A stretch of DNA of 58,491 nucleotides, the filler included, from Dugesia japonica (taxonomy: Eukaryota): the NCBI GenBank assembly GCA_001938525.1. It is 5 parts of 5 records of this genome, joined end to end, with 100 filler letters (N's around TTAATTAATTAA, not from the genome) between each part and the next. Parts side by side here need not be neighbours in the genome. Positions count along the whole stretch, not along the records: positions 39,696 to 48,497 come from MQRL01631347.1; positions 48,598 to 58,491 come from MQRL01616588.1; 3 more parts are not named here. One strand, written 5' to 3'. Under the pieces are notes generated by a model, which worked only from the letters and a program-made list of their open reading frames with translations, did no database searches and had not been told where the DNA came from. The first letter of the stretch is position 1; every line of letters starts with the position of its first letter. The translations under genes and the position numbers were made by a program. Positions 39,696 to 51,455 of the stretch are shown in pieces.

Positions 39696-41325
39696 TTAAA
39701 AATATTTAGCAGAAAATTATTTCATAACATTTCATATTTATTTCAAATCAAGCAAGTATTATTGTATAATGCAGGGCTGCCCAACATTTTGGTTACCGAC
39801 CACCGCACAACAAAATCTTTTCTTTTATAACGGATATACGATATCTTATAACATTAATTGCAACACCATTTAATAAATATTTAAATACAAATAATCAAAA
39901 TTTATTATACAAAAAATAATTAATAAATATTTATTTTATTTAAGCTCAACACGAAAATCAATGACTGCTTTTGTTTAGATAAGCGAAATTAAAAACTTTG
40001 TATAGCTTGTTTATTATATTTTATGATTATAGATTTAAGCACAATACTACAATTTAAAATCAAATCAATTAATATCAATAATATTTAAATAAAGTAAAAA
40101 ATATATATTGTCTATATACAATGTCTAATGTGGTTCTCTTCAATTTTACATTTATTATTTGCCATTTTCTCTCTAAATTTGAAATTTCTCAAAATTTGCA
40201 AATCAATGGATTAATGATTTAGATAATTAAAACAACTAATTATTATTAATAATTATATATAAAACTGGTTAAATGCTGCTAATTTTGCATCTGATAGTAA
40301 TGACATTACTTATGGGTACCCCTAATACATTTTTTTATGTCAAAATAATTTTCAATTAATTTAAAGTCACATTTGTAAACTAACGGTAGATTGAAATATT
40401 AATAACGTCTCTCAAAAGATTAATATTTGAGATATGGATGTGCATTGGAATCTAATTTTTCAAATTCATAAAATTACGTTTCGAAAGTTAAATATAGATT
40501 AATCAGATAACTAAAATAAATTTGATTATTTAAATCGCAAACCAGTAAATAAATATTTAAAAATAATGTAATGCTAGAATAAATCCTTGGTGAACCATTA
40601 TANNNNNNNNNNNNNNNNNNNNNNNNNNNNNNNNNNNNNNNNNNNNNNNNNNNNNNNNNNNNNNNNNNNNNNNNNNNNNNNNNNNNNNNNNNNNNNNNNN
40701 NNNNNNNNNNNNNNNNNNNNNNNNNNNNNNNNNNNNNNNNNNNNNNNNNNNNNNNNNNNNNNNNNNNNNNNNNNNNNNNNNNNNNNNNNNNNNNNNNNNN
40801 NNNNNNNNNNNNNNNNNNNNNNNNNNNNNNNNNNNNNNNNNNNNNNNNNNNNNNTATTTTTAAAATATTTCATCAAGCTACAAATAGAAAAAATAATGTC
40901 TTCATTATATTGTACTATAAATATGAAAAGTATGTGGCAACATGGTCACCGGGCAAGGATGTTTACATTATAAAAGATGTGAACTTTCAAACCGCATTTG
41001 TTAACACTCAAACCATATGAATTTTTACAATTCATAAAATTTTCTAACTGCTATGTAAATTTTAATAATTNNNNNNNNNNNNNNNNNNNNNNNTGTTATT
41101 TTTTACACTGCATTCGTAAACAAGGTGTTACTGACAATTCTAAATTATCTGTTGAGGTATGGATAAATCACACAAGCCAAAGTGTAGAACTGTGAACGCA
41201 CATTATTAAATTATTCTAGCTATATATACTTAAGATTTTTTTATTTTTAAAATTCTTTTGTTCATTGTTATTAAAATTTACCAATTACTTATTCTTATTA
41301 TTATGATTATATTTTTCCTTTTTGT

Positions 41326-41449
41326 TACAGGATTGCCAATTCAGTTTAATAAATTTCCATTTCAATTTAATATTTATAATTATGTTGATATTTAATATTA
41401 ATATATTAAATTGAAATGGAAATCTTTTAACTAAACTGGAAACCTTGTA
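41326..41449. mobile_element. Short hairpin MITE (Tc1/mariner-derived)
   Basis: About 50-bp imperfect inverted arms: tacaggattgcca..atttccatttcaatttaata / tattaaattgaaatggaaat..tggaaaccttgta. Confidence 0.6.
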
Positions 41450-42032
41450 TTATTTATTATTATAAAACATCAACTTTAAACTTAAATGAATATTTCTTCT
41501 TCTTCTTCTTCTTCTTNNNNNNNNNNTTATTATTATTATTTGGGTTGGAAACAAAATTCTTTTATCAATAAAAATATGCAATGGAAAAATGCAATAAAAA
41601 AGCGCATATCAATCATCAATGTAATCACCATTGTTCTGAAGCACATTTGAAGCACACTAATTGCATTCTTAAATATGAGGAATATAAGTGATGCAATTTT
41701 TCGAGAAATATATTATTTAATTAACAATGTTCATACAGGTCGCATCAACCTCAACATACATACGGGTGACATCAATCGCAACATGCATACATCAATATTT
41801 AATTATCAGAAATATATCCTACTCACAGAGACAATAATAATAAGTAATGATTAATTTTGATNNNNNNNNNNNNNNNNNNNNNNNNNNNNNNNNNNNNNNN
41901 NNNNNNNNNNNNNNNNNNNNNNNNNNNNNNNNNNNNNNNNNNNNNNNNNNNNNNNNNNNNNNNNNNNNNNNNNNNNNNNNNNNNNNNNNNNNNNNNNNNN
42001 NNNNNNNNNNNNNNNNNNNNNNNNNNNNNNNN

Positions 42033-42082
<50 letters not shown>

Positions 42083-42399
42083 ATTTGAGTTCACGTTATC
42101 ATATTTTGAGTTGGATGAACTATCACACCTCAACGGATGATATATAGATTTCATTACATTGTTAACAAATACGATGTAAAGATTCACACGGTTTGAGTTA
42201 TTAACAAGGTTTATTGTAAATGAGAATGAGGGAGAATTCACACTTCTGATAATGAAAACATCCTGTTCTCAAGTCCTCACTTCTCANNNNNNNNNNNNNN
42301 NNNNTATTGAAAATATCGATGATAAAGAGTAATAATTAATGTTTTACTAAAAATAAAACATTTAAAAATCTGACGTCTGACAAAATAAAAAAAACTGAC

Positions 42400-42596
42400 T
42401 TTGAAATCGGTAGAATTAGCCTCATTTAATAGACTAACACTAACAATATTCCATTCTGAAACAGTAACACTGTGAGATTTCCATAATGGTTTGCTTTCGC
42501 TATGTATTTTAATTAAAATATTTTGTTCTTGCTTTTAAATCTTACCAAAATACAGCTGGAAAACCAGTATCTTTATTAATAACAGATCTACAGGAT
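42400..42596 (-). CDS. Exon-pair cassette 5 (D) of the MAM-like alternative array
   Basis: Exons 42596-42546 (51 nt) and 42499-42400 (100 nt): SCRSVINKDTGFPAVFC|ESKPLWKSHSVTVSEWNIVSVSLLNEANSTDFK. Confidence 0.88.
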
Positions 42597-42733
42597 CTAG
42601 AATCATCAAAAAAACAACATTTAAACTTGTTATTTATTATTTAAATTATTAGGAGCAGACTTAAAGCAGATAAATAAACCAAAAGTAATACAATTTATGA
42701 TGAAAATTCATGGAATTAAGTCAAAAGTGATAC

Positions 42734-42950
42734 CTTAAAATCAGTTCCAGTTGCATTTGATAAAGATATTAAAACTTTTTCCCAAGTTCCCAATTGCTTA
42801 CTTGCGCTCAAAGAAGAAGAACTAGTCCATAATGGCCAACTATCGCTAAGATCAAAAGATACATTGTGAATTTAGAATAATATGGATATAATATCTCACC
42901 ACACCAAACGCGGATGTCCTGTTTCTTTATTAACTACGGTTTTACAGGAT
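42734..42950 (-). CDS. Exon-pair cassette 4 (C) of the MAM-like alternative array
   Basis: Exons 42950-42900 (51 nt) and 42845-42734 (112 nt): SCKTVVNKETGHPRLVC|DSWPLWTSSSSLSASKQLGTWEKVLISLSNATGTDFK. Confidence 0.88.
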
Positions 42951-43254
42951 CTAAGAAAGTAATCAATTAAAAGTCGACAATTAAAAGGNNNNNNNNNNNN
43001 NNNNNNNNNNNNNNNNNNNNNNNNNNNNNNNNNNNNNNNNNNNNNNNNNNNNNNNNNNNNNNNNGTTTAAATAAATTTCAAATATATCTAATTAAGATAT
43101 CTCAAGTTTTATATAAAGCTTTGAAAAAAATAAAAGAATTATCCCATTTTATTGTTTACTTGAAATTCTCTTAATTTAATTAATTATTAACCAATCAAAT
43201 TTTCAAAAAATTCTTTTAAAAAAACTGATATTCATTTAGATTTCTAATTACGGA

Positions 43255-43325
<71 letters not shown>
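43255..43325 (+). repeat. (AAT)n microsatellite
   Basis: Read directly from the sequence. Confidence 0.9.
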
Positions 43326-43952
43326 NNNNNNNNNNNNNNNNNNNNNNNNNNNNNNNNNNNNNNNNNNNNNNNNNNATATCATTCTCTAAGAGTTCGAATT
43401 AACAAACATAAATTTCATTTTGTTATATCTGAATGAAAAAAAGCATATAAGTATTTGAAATAGGTTTTAACAAGCAATTCCAATAAAGCCCAAGAATCGT
43501 TGTAAGTTAGAATTTGTTATGGATTAATTTATCAATAATTTTAATGATTCTAACAGGCATCTATTTAAATGATCGATTTATCATGAAAATACTGTCAACA
43601 TAGTTCCAATAAATTAGAATGAAAATATTTGATAAAATCTAAAAAAGCATTTTAATATTTAAAAACCAACAGAAAACGATTTATTTGAAGTGTATAAAGA
43701 AATTTATATAATTAATTAAAATTGAAGTCTAATTTTCATTCTAATTGATTTAAATAAAAGTATTTTTCATATAAAATTTGTAAAAATCTATTGATTTTAG
43801 TAATAAGCTATGAAACGTTTAAAATGGTATTTATAAATTCTTTTGAAACCAGTTTAAAAGTAATTTTTACAAAATAAATATAATATGAATTTGATTGTGA
43901 GTTAAACAGAAATAAATTATCGATTTGAAAATTTACACCGGAAAACACTGAC

Positions 43953-44146
43953 TTTAAAATCTGTTGCATTATCACTATTCAAATCAACTTGCACTTTTTC
44001 CCATCCCGAAAATACTCTATTTTCAGATGTCCACAAAGGTTTACTTTCACTAAATAAAAAGGTTGAGAACCCCAAGTGATTTATTGTAATCTTACCAAGA
44101 GACAATAGGAAAACCAGTATCTTTATTAATTACTGATCGACAAGAT
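43953..44146 (-). CDS. Exon-pair cassette 3 (B) of the MAM-like alternative array
   Basis: Exons 44146-44096 (51 nt) and 44049-43953 (97 nt): SCRSVINKDTGFPIVSC|ESKPLWTSENRVFSGWEKVQVDLNSDNATDFK. Confidence 0.88.
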
Positions 44147-44531
44147 CTACAATCAAATAAAAATTTCATCACAATTCAAATGTTTATTTAAAAAAAAAAC
44201 AGATAAAAATAGACGAGGAGATACCACAGAGACCATTTAAAAATATAATATCAATTTATTAATAAAAATGATTAATTAAAAGAAATATATATAGAAGAGT
44301 AATTATTCAGCCAGTGAAATATCTTTACTATGAAATTTTTCAAAAAAGATCACAAAACAGGAATTTAAAGCAACCATTTTTATCATAAATAAATTCTTCT
44401 AATGATTCACAGATGTTTTTTCAGGAAATACCGTGACTAGTAAGCTTTAAAATTATTATTAATTCATTTTAAAAAAAGTAAATTGGTAAAAAAAAGTAAT
44501 AAAAACAAAATTTTTGTAATAAATAGTCTAC

Positions 44532-44742
44532 CTTAAAATCAGAACTATTCGATTCTGTCATTGATATTGACACTTTTTTCCAATTATTTTTAATGACTTC
44601 ATCTTCATTAGGAATATCACTACGCCATAAATTACGACTATCACTATTTTATTGGGAATTATAGCATTTATGTTAGAAATATATTTGTTACCAAACTAAT
44701 CTAGGATCACCAGTTTCCTTATTGACTATTGATTTACATGAT
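44532..44742 (-). CDS. Exon-pair cassette 2 (A) of the MAM-like alternative array
   Basis: Exons 44742-44692 (51 nt) and 44643-44532 (112 nt): SCKSIVNKETGDPRLVC|DSRNLWRSDIPNEDEVIKNNWKKVSISMTESNSSDFK. Confidence 0.88.
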
Positions 44743-45123
44743 CTAAAATCATTATTGACAAAGTCAATCGTTAACAATATGCTATGAATAATGATTTAGA
44801 CTTCAAAATACAGCAGAGCTAACAAACAATTTGAAAATCCACGTAATAATGAATAGAATCAAATATAGAAAAGCATCAGATATATTAATTTTTTACAAGA
44901 AATTATGAATATTTACCATCAAAATAGAACTAAAAAAACAATTCGGAAANNNNNNNNNNNNNNNNNNNNNNNNNNNNAAAAAAAATTAAGCGCATTTTTA
45001 AAAAAATAATTTTTACATTTCAAATTAAGTTAAATTAGCTGTAGAAAATAGCTATTGATTAAAATAAGCAATTATAAGTAATTACTAAGATTTATACTTG
45101 AAAAAATGTAATTTTGAAAGATA

Positions 45124-46345
45124 TTAGGCCATTAAGTATGAAATGTCGGATTTCGTGAAGTCCAAAGTTTAACAGTCGATATTTTTAATATTTGACTTTG
45201 ACAAATATTTGTTTTGCTTGACTATATAGATACGCCATTACTCTTTTAAGCCCACGCTTTAATTTCTGATTATATTCTGAATTATTTTTTTCCATTAAAT
45301 TTTCAGAAACTATGGATATGTCAAAAATTCATACTATTTTCGAATGAGTTCCGTCGTGGAACTAATGCAAGACAGACAGTTCGAAATATAAACGAAGTGT
45401 TTGTTAAGAGTATCATCACTGAACGAATGATACAGAGATAGTTTCAGAAATTCCGTTCTGAAGATTTTAGTAACGAAAATAAGACACGTGGGCGACCACA
45501 AACGAAGGATAATAATAGTGATCTCAAAGCTTTAGTGGAAGAGGTTTCTTCAAAAAATACTCTCAAATTAGTGGCGAAGTTCAACGTTTTCATTCCAACA
45601 ACGATCTACCATTAAAAACAAATTTACAAGGTCAAAAGGTTAGACCTATGGGTTCCTTATGAATTAACCGACCAGCAGAAAATAAATTGTTACGATGTTT
45701 ACTATCACGATATGACGGCGAGTAATTTCTTCAACGTGACATGTCATGAAAAATGTATTCGTTTCGACAATCGTAGGTGAATATTTCGATGGTTGGATAA
45801 AAATGAAGCAACAAAACAGAATTCAAAGCTGAATAAGCTAATGGTATCTGTTTGGTGGATCAGTGCTGGTATTATCCATTACAACGTTTTGAAACTTGGT
45901 AAATTCATTACAGCAGATGTCTACTGTAATCAATTTGACGACATAATGAAATTGTTTGCAATTAACCAACCGAGACAGGTCAATTTTCTTGAAGACAACG
46001 AACGACCTCATGTTGCCCAAGTAACGCTGCTCAAACTGCAGGAATTGGAATTGGAAACTCTCTATCACTTATCGTATTAACTAGCTATTAGTACAAGGGA
46101 TTATATTCATTTCCAAGCATTAGACAACTTCTTGGTGGGAAAATTATTCAAATCAGAAGAGGCTGTGAAAATCACCTTTCTATCACTAAACTTTTTCGTT
46201 ACTGGAATAAACAAAATGCCACTAAGATGGCAGAATTATGTCNATTGTTTGGTAGATGTTTCAAATAAATGTATTGATATTTGCTTGTTATATTATAATC
46301 CGAAATTTTGATTAAAAATCCGACATGTAATACTTAATACCATAT
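45124..46345 (+). mobile_element. Near-full-length decayed mariner inserted inside the cassette array
   Basis: TIRs ttaggccattaagtatgaaatgtcggattt / aaatccgacatgtaatacttaataccatat with TA flanks. WVPYEL, KLMVSVWW..GIIHY, EDNERPH. Confidence 0.9.
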
Positions 46346-47455
46346 TATTAAAAAAAATTTAATTAAATAACTCGTGATAAGAAAAATAAGCTGAAGAAGA
46401 TATCAAAAGATATATTCTATGTAATATTATAAATATACATTTCAAATTTTTCATTCGCATTTTAAATATTTTAACATACTTTTATTTTACATACAAAAAT
46501 CAATTATAATAATTATGAGGCTAATTTGATTTTGAATTTACTATTTATTAATATCTTTAATTAATTAAAATATTCCTTGCATTAACATATAGTCATTAAA
46601 CCTATTCAAGGAAATTTAAACAAATAAAAATATTTAAAAAACTGTTTGTAATTAAAAGAAAATAATAAGATTAATTCCAAGAAAAACATTAAAATATTAA
46701 TCACTTAAAAATATATTTGAAAAAAATTAATAATTTAAAAAACATTTAAAAAAACAAAAAACTATTGTACATTAATATTTCTTAAAAGAATAATTAAGTG
46801 AAATTTTTAATTAAAAACTTCAAGTAAAATTTAAAAAATANNNNNNNNNNNNNNNNNNNNNNNNNNNNNNNNNNNNNNNNNNNNNNNNNNNNNNNNNNNN
46901 NNNNNNNNNNNNNNNNNNNNNNNNNNNNNNNNNNNNNNNNNNNNNNNNNNNNNNNNNAATAAAAATCTATTAATATTAATCCGTTTAGAAAACAATTATT
47001 TTTAAAATTTTTAAATTTATAAATTTAAATCAATTATAATTCGATAAATTTTGAAATAATAACATTCAAAAATAATTACCATCACACAAAATCATCGAAT
47101 TAGAAAATTAAAAAAAAATAAATACATATTTTATTATTAGTTTTCTAAAAATTATCGGTGTGCATAGCAACAAATAATTATGGTTAACCAATTATTAAAA
47201 TTCGAATGAAGTGAATATTTTGAAANAAAAAAATCAAAAAAAAACAAGATTTTTGTTATCAAAAAGAACAACACTTTAATGAATATGAAAAATTTTAAAT
47301 AAAAAAATTTCCAAATGTAAGGAATAATTTATTTATTTATTTTATGATAAATACAGAAGACAAAAAAAGAATTTTAATGAAAAAATGAAAAAAAATTTAC
47401 ACTGAAAGTTAAAAAGATTTTAAGAAATTTGAAAATCTTCAAACTGTTTGCTAAC

Positions 47456-47658
47456 TTTATAATCAGAAGACAATTGCTCCATGGTTATTGAAACATGATT
47501 CCATTCGCTTTTTGATTCTTTTACCTTACTACTCGTCCAAATAGGATCACTTGAACTAGATGTCAACACGAAATTACGAATTTTTAATTTTCCAAATTAC
47601 AACTTACCACAGGACTGTTGGTTTCCCATTGTTGTGATCCATTATTTGTTTGCAGGAT
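47456..47658 (-). CDS. Exon-pair cassette 1 (E) of the MAM-like alternative array
   Basis: Exons 47658-47608 (51 nt) and 47555-47456 (100 nt): SCKQIMDHNNGKPTVLC|SSDPIWTSSKVKESKSEWNHVSITMEQLSSDYK. Confidence 0.85.
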
Positions 47659-48497
47659 CTTTAAGTTGAAGTTTAATGTTAAGATTTTAAAATCATCAAT
47701 TATATTTAATATTTTTATAAATTTTCTATAATTTGCAGAGCTTCAAAAATGTTTACAAGCAAACAGGACAGAATAAATTATATTTATTTCAAAATATGAT
47801 TATTGAAAAAAAAAACAAAAAGGAAGTATTGAAAGAAACATTTGAATTTTTGATTTCTTGTCAAATCAGCTGAAATTTTCCATTAAAATATTCTTTTAAT
47901 GCAATTAATTTGAAAATAATTTGAATTGAATTATTATAAAAATATAATTAATAAATAATTCCCTAAATAGGGATTTCTTTCTAAAAATTAAAAGATATTT
48001 AGTTTATTATAATTTCAATTTGACAATGATTTTTAATTATTAAATTGTCAAATTTAAAATGAATTTTATTGTAAAATTTATTGATAGGATTGTTTTTAAA
48101 ATAAAAAAATGATTTTAAGAAATACCAATATAAATTTTTAATTATGGAATTTTAGAAATATATAATTAGAAATATATAATATATATATAATTTTATTGTT
48201 AACATGGTTTTTAAAGTAATTAAACGATATTAGAAATAAATAAATAAATTTTTTAAGCTTATGAAAACTGCAGTTGAAAAAAGAATTATTTAATTTGTTA
48301 TTAAAAAACNAATTTATAATAAATTTTAAATGGACTAGACTTTTAAATTCAGCGATGAGTGTGCCAAACTCATATAACAGTTATAAAATAAAGTGTATTA
48401 AGAATCACATGAATTCTTAATTTATCAACAAAGTTTTCCATTACAATTAATTATTTATAACAAATCCATTTTCACAAATTAAATGCCTTTTTAAAAC

Positions 48498-48597
48498 NNN
48501 NNNNNNNNNNNNNNNNNNNNNNNNNNNNNNNNNNNNNNNNNTTAATTAATTAANNNNNNNNNNNNNNNNNNNNNNNNNNNNNNNNNNNNNNNNNNNN
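48498..48597. other. Artificial contig join
   Basis: 44N-TTAATTAATTAA-44N. Confidence 0.95.
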
Positions 48598-48690
48598 ATA
48601 ATATAATAATTAAAATTTTTTTTTTAATGAAGATGGTGATTTCTAGACTCATGAAAAATAATTTGTTTTCTTATTTTATTACTAAAGAAA

Positions 48691-49035
48691 ATGGATACAA
48701 CAAAACTTGATCTTAATTATAATATTTATTTTCAACACTTCTTTCTAAAAAATGATGTTTTAAGAATTTCACCTTCAGCTGGAACAATAACTAATTTAAT
48801 GTCTTTTGAAGAAATAACTTTTCAATCTTTACAATCTACAAAGCCATTAGATATTTGTAATTCACTGTTATATTTTAAAATAGAGATTGATGCTAAAGAT
48901 GGAGATAAAATAACTTTGGAAAATAATTGGTTTCTAAGTTTATTTAAAACAATGAGATTAACTTTAGGATCTTCAGATGTAGAAATAATTAATGATCCTG
49001 GAATAGCATCAACAATATTAAATTTTATATCACCC
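48691..49035 (+). pseudogene. Polinton major capsid protein, N-terminal fragment
   Basis: LDICNSLLYFKIEI..ITLENNWFLSLFKTMRLTLGSSDVEIINDPGIASTIL fits the double-jelly-roll MCP N-terminus. Truncated and abutting the integrase. Confidence 0.7.
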
Positions 49036-49055
49036 CGTTTGCTCCTTACTTGCAA

Positions 49056-49801
49056 ATGAATTACGTAAAGATTATAGATAACCAAAACATTTCCTAAAAG
49101 TAATAATAAAAGAAATTGATGAAACTTGGTCTGCAGATTTAATTTTTATGCCTAATAAGAAAATAATACTAACAGTTATTGATTCATATTCTAAATATGC
49201 ATTCGTAGAAATATGTAACTCAAAAACAGGTCAAGTAATAACAAATGCATTAGAAAATGATAGAATTCCAAATCATTTATGGGTTGATAAAGGAAGTGAA
49301 TTTTAAAATAAAATATTTAAATCGTTTTGTAAAGAAAATAATATTAATTTATATTCAACTGAAAATGAAGGTAAGGCGTTTGTTAAAGAAAAATTTAATA
49401 AAACATTTAAAAATAAATTATTTAAATATTTTACATTAGTTGGAAATCAAAAATGGGATAATAACTTATTAAAAAAGATTTTAAATGATTTACTTTAATA
49501 TAAAAACAACTTCAAAAGATGCCAGTGAAAATCCAGAAAAAATAAAAGAAATTATAAATCAACATAACCATGAAAATGATGATTTAAAAGAAAAACAAAA
49601 TTTAAAATTGGTGAAAGTGTTAGAATCTTTAAACATAAATATAAATTTGAAAAAGGTTTTACGGCTAAATGGATAAATGAAATATTTGTTGTAACAAAAG
49701 TATATAAAACAAGACCAATAACTTATGGAATTACTGATTTAGAAAATGAAAAAATTGTAGGTAGACTTTATAATAATGAACTTCAGAAAACTGTTTTATA
49801 A
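49056..49801 (+). pseudogene. Polinton rve-type integrase (frameshifted)
   Basis: IDETWSADL, ILTVIDSYSKYAFV, PNHLWVDKGSEF, YSTENEGKA..EKFNKTFK, FEKGFTAKW..EIF, RPITY.I.DL..E.I.G.LY..ELQK. Confidence 0.9.
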
Positions 49802-49815
49802 ATTAATAAATTAAA

Positions 49816-50565
49816 ATGAGAGAGAATTCTTTTGATTTAATTTTAAAAGGTATTTTAAATGAAGAATCATAAAATACTCTAAAAGAAGAAATTAAACAAG
49901 AATTAAAAGAAGAATTAAAAGAACTTCTTCAAAAAGAATTTAAATAAGAATTTAAGCAAGAATTTAAAAAAGAATTAAAATTAAGAATTTTAAAAAAATC
50001 AGAAGAAAATAAATATTTAAAGAAATCACTTGCAGCTATAAATTTTAGAAATCCACCAGAATTATTTTGGAAGTGAATGACTGCAGATACTATTGAAGTT
50101 GGAACAGATGAAGAAACTTTAGTTTTGATCAATTATTTTAATTTCAGTAATTTGGATCCATGTAGTATAGGTATATTAAATCTAGTTGTTAATAAACTAG
50201 GCGATCCTTCACAAAAAGATGAATTTTTAGATGATAAAATAACTTTTGATTATAATAAATCTTAATTTTTATAAATTTTAAGTTAATAAAATATAAACAT
50301 GGGAAATACACAAAGTTCTAAAAATTCAATTTAAAAAGATAAAGAAACAATTGAAAAAGATAAAGATAAGGAAGAGCTAACACTAGCCAAAGGTGAGAAA
50401 AAACCTAAACCATTTTGGAAGTGGTTAACTGCTGATACTTTTGAATACATGTCTAAAGAAAAAATAGATGAAATTCAATTTTAAAATAATATAAATTTTA
50501 TAAATATGGGTATTCCTAATTTGGCTAAACAAGAGTGTTAGTAAATTAGCTAATGATTACATAAA
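49816..50565 (+). pseudogene. Two tandem paralogous small Polinton ORFs of unknown function
   Basis: 49816-50265 contains PELFWK*MTADTIE..VVNKL. 50299-50565 starts MGNTQSS and contains PKPFWKWLTADTFE..VSKL. Confidence 0.6.
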
Positions 50566-50594
50566 AAGCAAATCTTTATTTTTAATAAATAAAA

Positions 50595-51330
50595 ATGGCT
50601 TTGCTAATCTGGAATAAAAATAAAAACATATTTAATAATAAAATCTTTCCTTCTGATTTTAGATTACTAATAATTGGTTCTTTAGGATCAGGTAAAAATG
50701 TTTTGTTAATGAAAATGTTATTAACTCTAAAGTTTTTAGATTATGAAACTTAAATAATTTATTCTACAACTGTAAATCAATTTGAATTACAATTATTTTC
50801 TCATGGTTTTGAAAATGGTTTAAGTAAACAAGATATTATTTTTGTTTTTGAACATCAAAATATAGTTCCTGATTCCTTATTATCTCCATTACAAGTTATA
50901 CAATGGTTTATAGAAAAAAAGTACTTCACAAATAAACCCCGATTAATAAACATAGTTCTAAGTAATAAACCAAATGAAATTATTCCTTGTGATAAATTAT
51001 CTTAACACAAAAAGAATTTAATAATTTTTGATGATAATGTAAATATAAAATATCAAGAAATTCAAAAAAGTTATTTTACTAGACGAAGACATGTAAATTG
51101 TAATGTTATTTATATTTCTCAAACATATTTTCATTTAGATAAAAATTCATTAGAAATAATTCTAACTGTTTAATATTTTTTAAATTAAATAAAACAGATA
51201 AAGATAATGTTTATTATGATTTATTTAGTAATATATTTTCTAGTAAANNNNAATATGATTATAATGTAAATTTATATGGGAAAACTAAGTATAATTATTA
51301 TTATTTAGATAGAGAAACTGATGTATTAAT
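50595..51330 (+). pseudogene. A32-like DNA packaging ATPase
   Basis: Walker A FRLLIIGSLGSGKN, Walker B LIIFDD, YFTRRRHVNCNVIYISQTYF, RNNSN. Confidence 0.9.
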
Positions 51331-51455
51331 AGAAGACTTATTCGAGGACAAGAAAGAGGATTAGAGAGGATTTGAAGAGATGAAAGAGGAGAAAGAGAAT
51401 TTGAATTTAGATAGTAAACATAAAAAAGAATATTTTTATTATTTTTTAAAAGAAA

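Noticed and set aside
40260-41020. Possible plus-strand exons (NWLNAANFASDSNDITY; KYEKYVATWSPGKDVYIIKDVNFQTAFVNTQTI*)
   Set aside because: Plausible, but they are separated by a 250-nt gap and show no recognisable family, so too weak to annotate.
40587-42241. ORFs with long X or poly-N/L/Y runs
   Set aside because: Artefacts of N gaps and (TTA)n microsatellites.
42400-47658. Cassettes read as serial tandem repeats of one protein, or as CRISPR-like repeats
   Set aside because: Phase-0 ends cannot join phase-2 starts and give immediate stops. The units are spliced coding exons, not identical repeats with spacers.
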